Source: Azolla caroliniana (Eukaryota; Plantae; Polypodiophyta). Taken from it: DNA of 64,000 nucleotides. The notes beneath the pieces were generated by a model that saw nothing but the letters and a program-made list of their open reading frames with translations, was not told the origin of the DNA and made no database searches. The DNA lies in the NCBI GenBank assembly GCA_043228905.1, contig JBHGNT010000002.1, forward strand, positions 6,696,001 through 6,760,000, given 5' to 3'. The stretch's first letter is position 1; each line of letters opens with the position of its first letter. Below, piece by piece: positions 61,107 to 64,000 of this stretch. The translations under genes and the position numbers were made by a program.

Positions 61107-62335
61107 TTTTCAGAAGCGAAGGATGACACCCACAGCCGCAAATGGTTAAGTGCCATGTAGGATGAGATGGATTCCCTGCATGAGAACCATACATACGAAT
61201 TGGTGGAGTTGTCGAAAGGAAAGCGGGCACTCCGAAACAAGTGGGTGTACAAGTTGAAACTGGGAGATGTCGGCAACCCCCCGAGATACAAAGCCAGGAT
61301 CGTGGTGAAGGGGTTCCAGCAGAAAAAGGGCGTGGACTTTGACGAGATATTTTCCCCTGTAGTAAAGATTACCTCCATCCGGACGGTGCTGAGTATAGCG
61401 GCAAGCATGGACCTCGAGGTAGAACAGCTGGACGTGAAGATGGCATTCCTTCACGGCGACCTCGAAGAGGAGATCTACATGCAGCAACCGGAAGGATTCG
61501 TGGAGAAAGGGAAGGAGCACCTGGTTTGCCGGTTGAAGAAGAGCCTCTACAGGTTGAAGCAGGCCCCCCAGCAATGGTACCGGAAGTTCAACTCCTTCAT
61601 GGCCCATCAAGGGTACCACAAGATGCAGGCCGATCACTGCGTGTTTGTGAAGAAGTTTGAAGGAGGCGACTTCCTGATACTCCTTCTGTACGTGGATGAC
61701 ATGTTGATCGTCGGACGGAACCAAGTCAAAATACGGATGCTGAAGAAGGCTCTCAACCAGACCTTCTCAATGAAAGACTTGGGTCCGGCAAGACAGATGT
61801 TGGGGATGCATATTATCCGGAACCGGTCAGTGAAGCAATTATGGTTGTCACAGGAGAAGTACGTGACAAAGGTGCTTCACCGGTTCAACATGTCAGATGC
61901 GAAACCGGTCGGATCGACACTTCCGGCAAACTACAGGTTATCTGGTAATCAAAGCCTGAAGACGAAAGCAGAGAAGGCGGATATGATGAAGATTCCATAT
62001 ACCTCTGCCGTCGGGAGCTTAATGTACGCAATGGTGTGTACCCGACCGGATATAGGATACGCAGTCGGACTGGTGAGCCGGTTCATGAGCAATCCCGGCA
62101 AGGAGCACTGGAACGCGGTCAAATGGATACTCTGATACTTGAAGGGCACTTCAAATATGTGTCTCCGATTCGGCTCCGGAAAACCTCAACTTAACGATTT
62201 TACTAATTCGGACATGTCAGCTGATGTGGATACCAGCCGGTCTACATCCGGGTATGTAATGACATATGCAGGGGGAGCTGTTTCGTGGCAGTCGAGGCTG
62301 CAGAAGACGGTTGCGTTGTCAACCACGGAGGCAGA
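61107..62335 (+). pseudogene. RT-RH fragment of the Copia-1/2 family (more diverged)
   Basis: MDSLHENHTYELVEL..LLYVDDM..SWQSRLQKTVALSTTEA; cut by an LTR at 62336. Confidence 0.92.
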
Positions 62336-64000
62336 TGTTAAGAGTCTATTACTAATCAATAGACCAAATCAAGTAAAAAGGAAGAAAATAGATTGGATAG
62401 AAGAACCCGTTCCACCCGACCACCCCCGAGCTATGATCTAGACATAGCCAACCTACCACCGACGTCCCATACCGCCGGATATTAGGATGACTAATACCTT
62501 GGAAGAGATAAACACGGTCGTCGAGACGAAAGCCTAGCCCGCACCACCGGTGTCTACGACAGCAGCCTTCCGACATGATGATCTCTATGAGGGTAGCTAA
62601 GCCTCATATTTATACCTTTTCCTAGGCCCCTTGAATAGATGTGCCTTTCTAAAAGGCTCTCTATTCATTGGTTGTCTAAATCATGATAGTGCATGCACAT
62701 ATCATTCATTCTATCCAATCATTAGTCCCCTTTTTAATAATAGTGAACATACCCTTCACTAATGTAAATATTAGTGACCTACCCTCACCAACGTTATGTG
62801 TACATAACATACTCCCCTACTTCAAAAGATTGCACTCTTGCAATATAAAGTGAGGAAATTGTGCCTTAAGCGAATGCTCGCGTTCCCATGTGGCATCATC
62901 AATAGGTTTATCCATCCATTTGATCTTGAATAGCCGAATCTCTTTAGAACGTAAACGTTTAGTACGAGAATCAAGAATTCGTTCAGGAACATGAGGTTTG
63001 TAAGAAAAATCCTCTAATGTTACAAGATCTTGGATTGTGATGGTGTTATCACCAGAGCCTAAAAATGGTTTTAGACGACTGACGTGAAAAACAGGATGAA
63101 TACCAACGTTACGAGGTAAGGCAAGGTGATAAGCAGATGACCCAACTCGCTTAAGGATTTCAAATGGGCCACAATATCGTGGGGCTAACTTAGCGCACTT
63201 GCCCGTAGATAATGACGTAGAATCAGTCGGGACACGCAAAAAAACTTTTTGACCAATAGTAAATGCACGAGGACGTCTATCCTGATCAGCATAAAATCGA
63301 GCACGATCTTGAGCTGTCTTGACATTTTCTTTGGCAATATGCAACATTTGGTTCATGTCTTGCAAAAAATTGCGTGTACTGTCTAATGTATCACGATGAA
63401 TCGTGACATCAACTGGGGCACGTGGCTGAAAACCATACATCAACATAAAAGGACTATATCCAGTGGATGTATGTTTAGAGCTATTATAGGCAAATTCTAA
63501 GATAGGAAGGTATTGCTCCCACTTAGAAGGGGTTTTTGCTACATAAGCTCGAAGCATGTCCTCAATAATTTGATTAACTCGTTCAGTTTGTCCATCAGAC
63601 TGAGGATGATATGCGGAACTCATGCTCAACGTAGTTTCTAGTTTCTTAAAGACCTGAGTCCAAAAGTCACTAGTAAACTTGGAATCTCGATCACTAACAA
63701 TATCCATCGGTAATCCATAAAAACGAAATAACTCATCAACAAATTGATAAGCCAACTGTTGAGCGGTTACCGTGGTTTTTGTAGGAATAAATCTAGCTAA
63801 TTTTGTTAGCCTGTCAACGACAACCCATATGGCATCATGACCCCTCTGTGTACGAGGTAAACTAACAATAAAATCCATCGAGATACTTTCCCATTTATTG
63901 TTGGGAATATCTAAGGGATGTAAAAGACCAGCAGCTTTAAGTCGTTCCGATTTATTAATCTGACATTGTAAGCATTGAGTTACGTATTTATGCACGTCAG
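62336..64000 (-). mobile_element. 3' end of a chromovirus (Ty3/Gypsy): INT, chromodomain, PPT, 3' LTR
   Basis: LTR 62336-62809 TGTTA..TAACA; PPT ggggagta; runs off the window end. Confidence 0.93.
62817..63995 (-). CDS. Chromoviral integrase with C-terminal chromodomain (partial pol)
   Basis: WESISMDF, IVSDRD, YHPQSDGQTER, GPF motif, PERILDSR..KIKW....DDATWE; uninterrupted for 392 aa. Confidence 0.93.
   Translation of the reverse strand: MHKYVTQCLQCQINKSERLKAAGLLHPLDIPNNKWESISMDFIVSLPRTQRGHDAIWVVVDRLTKLARFIPTKTTVTAQQLAYQFVDELFRFYGLPMDIVSDRDSKFTSDFWTQVFKKLETTLSMSSAYHPQSDGQTERVNQIIEDMLRAYVAKTPSKWEQYLPILEFAYNSSKHTSTGYSPFMLMYGFQPRAPVDVTIHRDTLDSTRNFLQDMNQMLHIAKENVKTAQDRARFYADQDRRPRAFTIGQKVFLRVPTDSTSLSTGKCAKLAPRYCGPFEILKRVGSSAYHLALPRNVGIHPVFHVSRLKPFLGSGDNTITIQDLVTLEDFSYKPHVPERILDSRTKRLRSKEIRLFKIKWMDKPIDDATWEREHSLKAQFPHFILQECNLLK

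Overview
A plant heterochromatin-type window (moss-like, Physcomitrium/Funariaceae style, by inference) made almost entirely of nested retrotransposons. No host gene, RNA gene or CRISPR array is supported. It holds two full-length copies (824-6139, 14587-19968) and one fragment of a GC/CCGG-rich tRNA-iMet-primed Copia family, two further Copia elements (37633-53496 +, 55585-61106 -), a decayed LINE with RTE-X/L2-like features, non-chromovirus Gypsy remnants including a 3' extra ORF, a chromovirus 3' end and several solo LTRs. The most notable signal is a tRNA-Trp-primed Gypsy group with both pol-bearing members and pol-less 'Gag plus long repetitive tail' members. They share a 4-nt LTR-PBS spacer, a covarying hairpin just upstream of the PPT, and 4-bp target duplications that are almost always ACG(T/G). 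Three of the Gag-tail elements are stacked at ACGT sites at 40661-49852. Boundaries and TSDs were read by eye; family names and divergence figures are unverified estimates.
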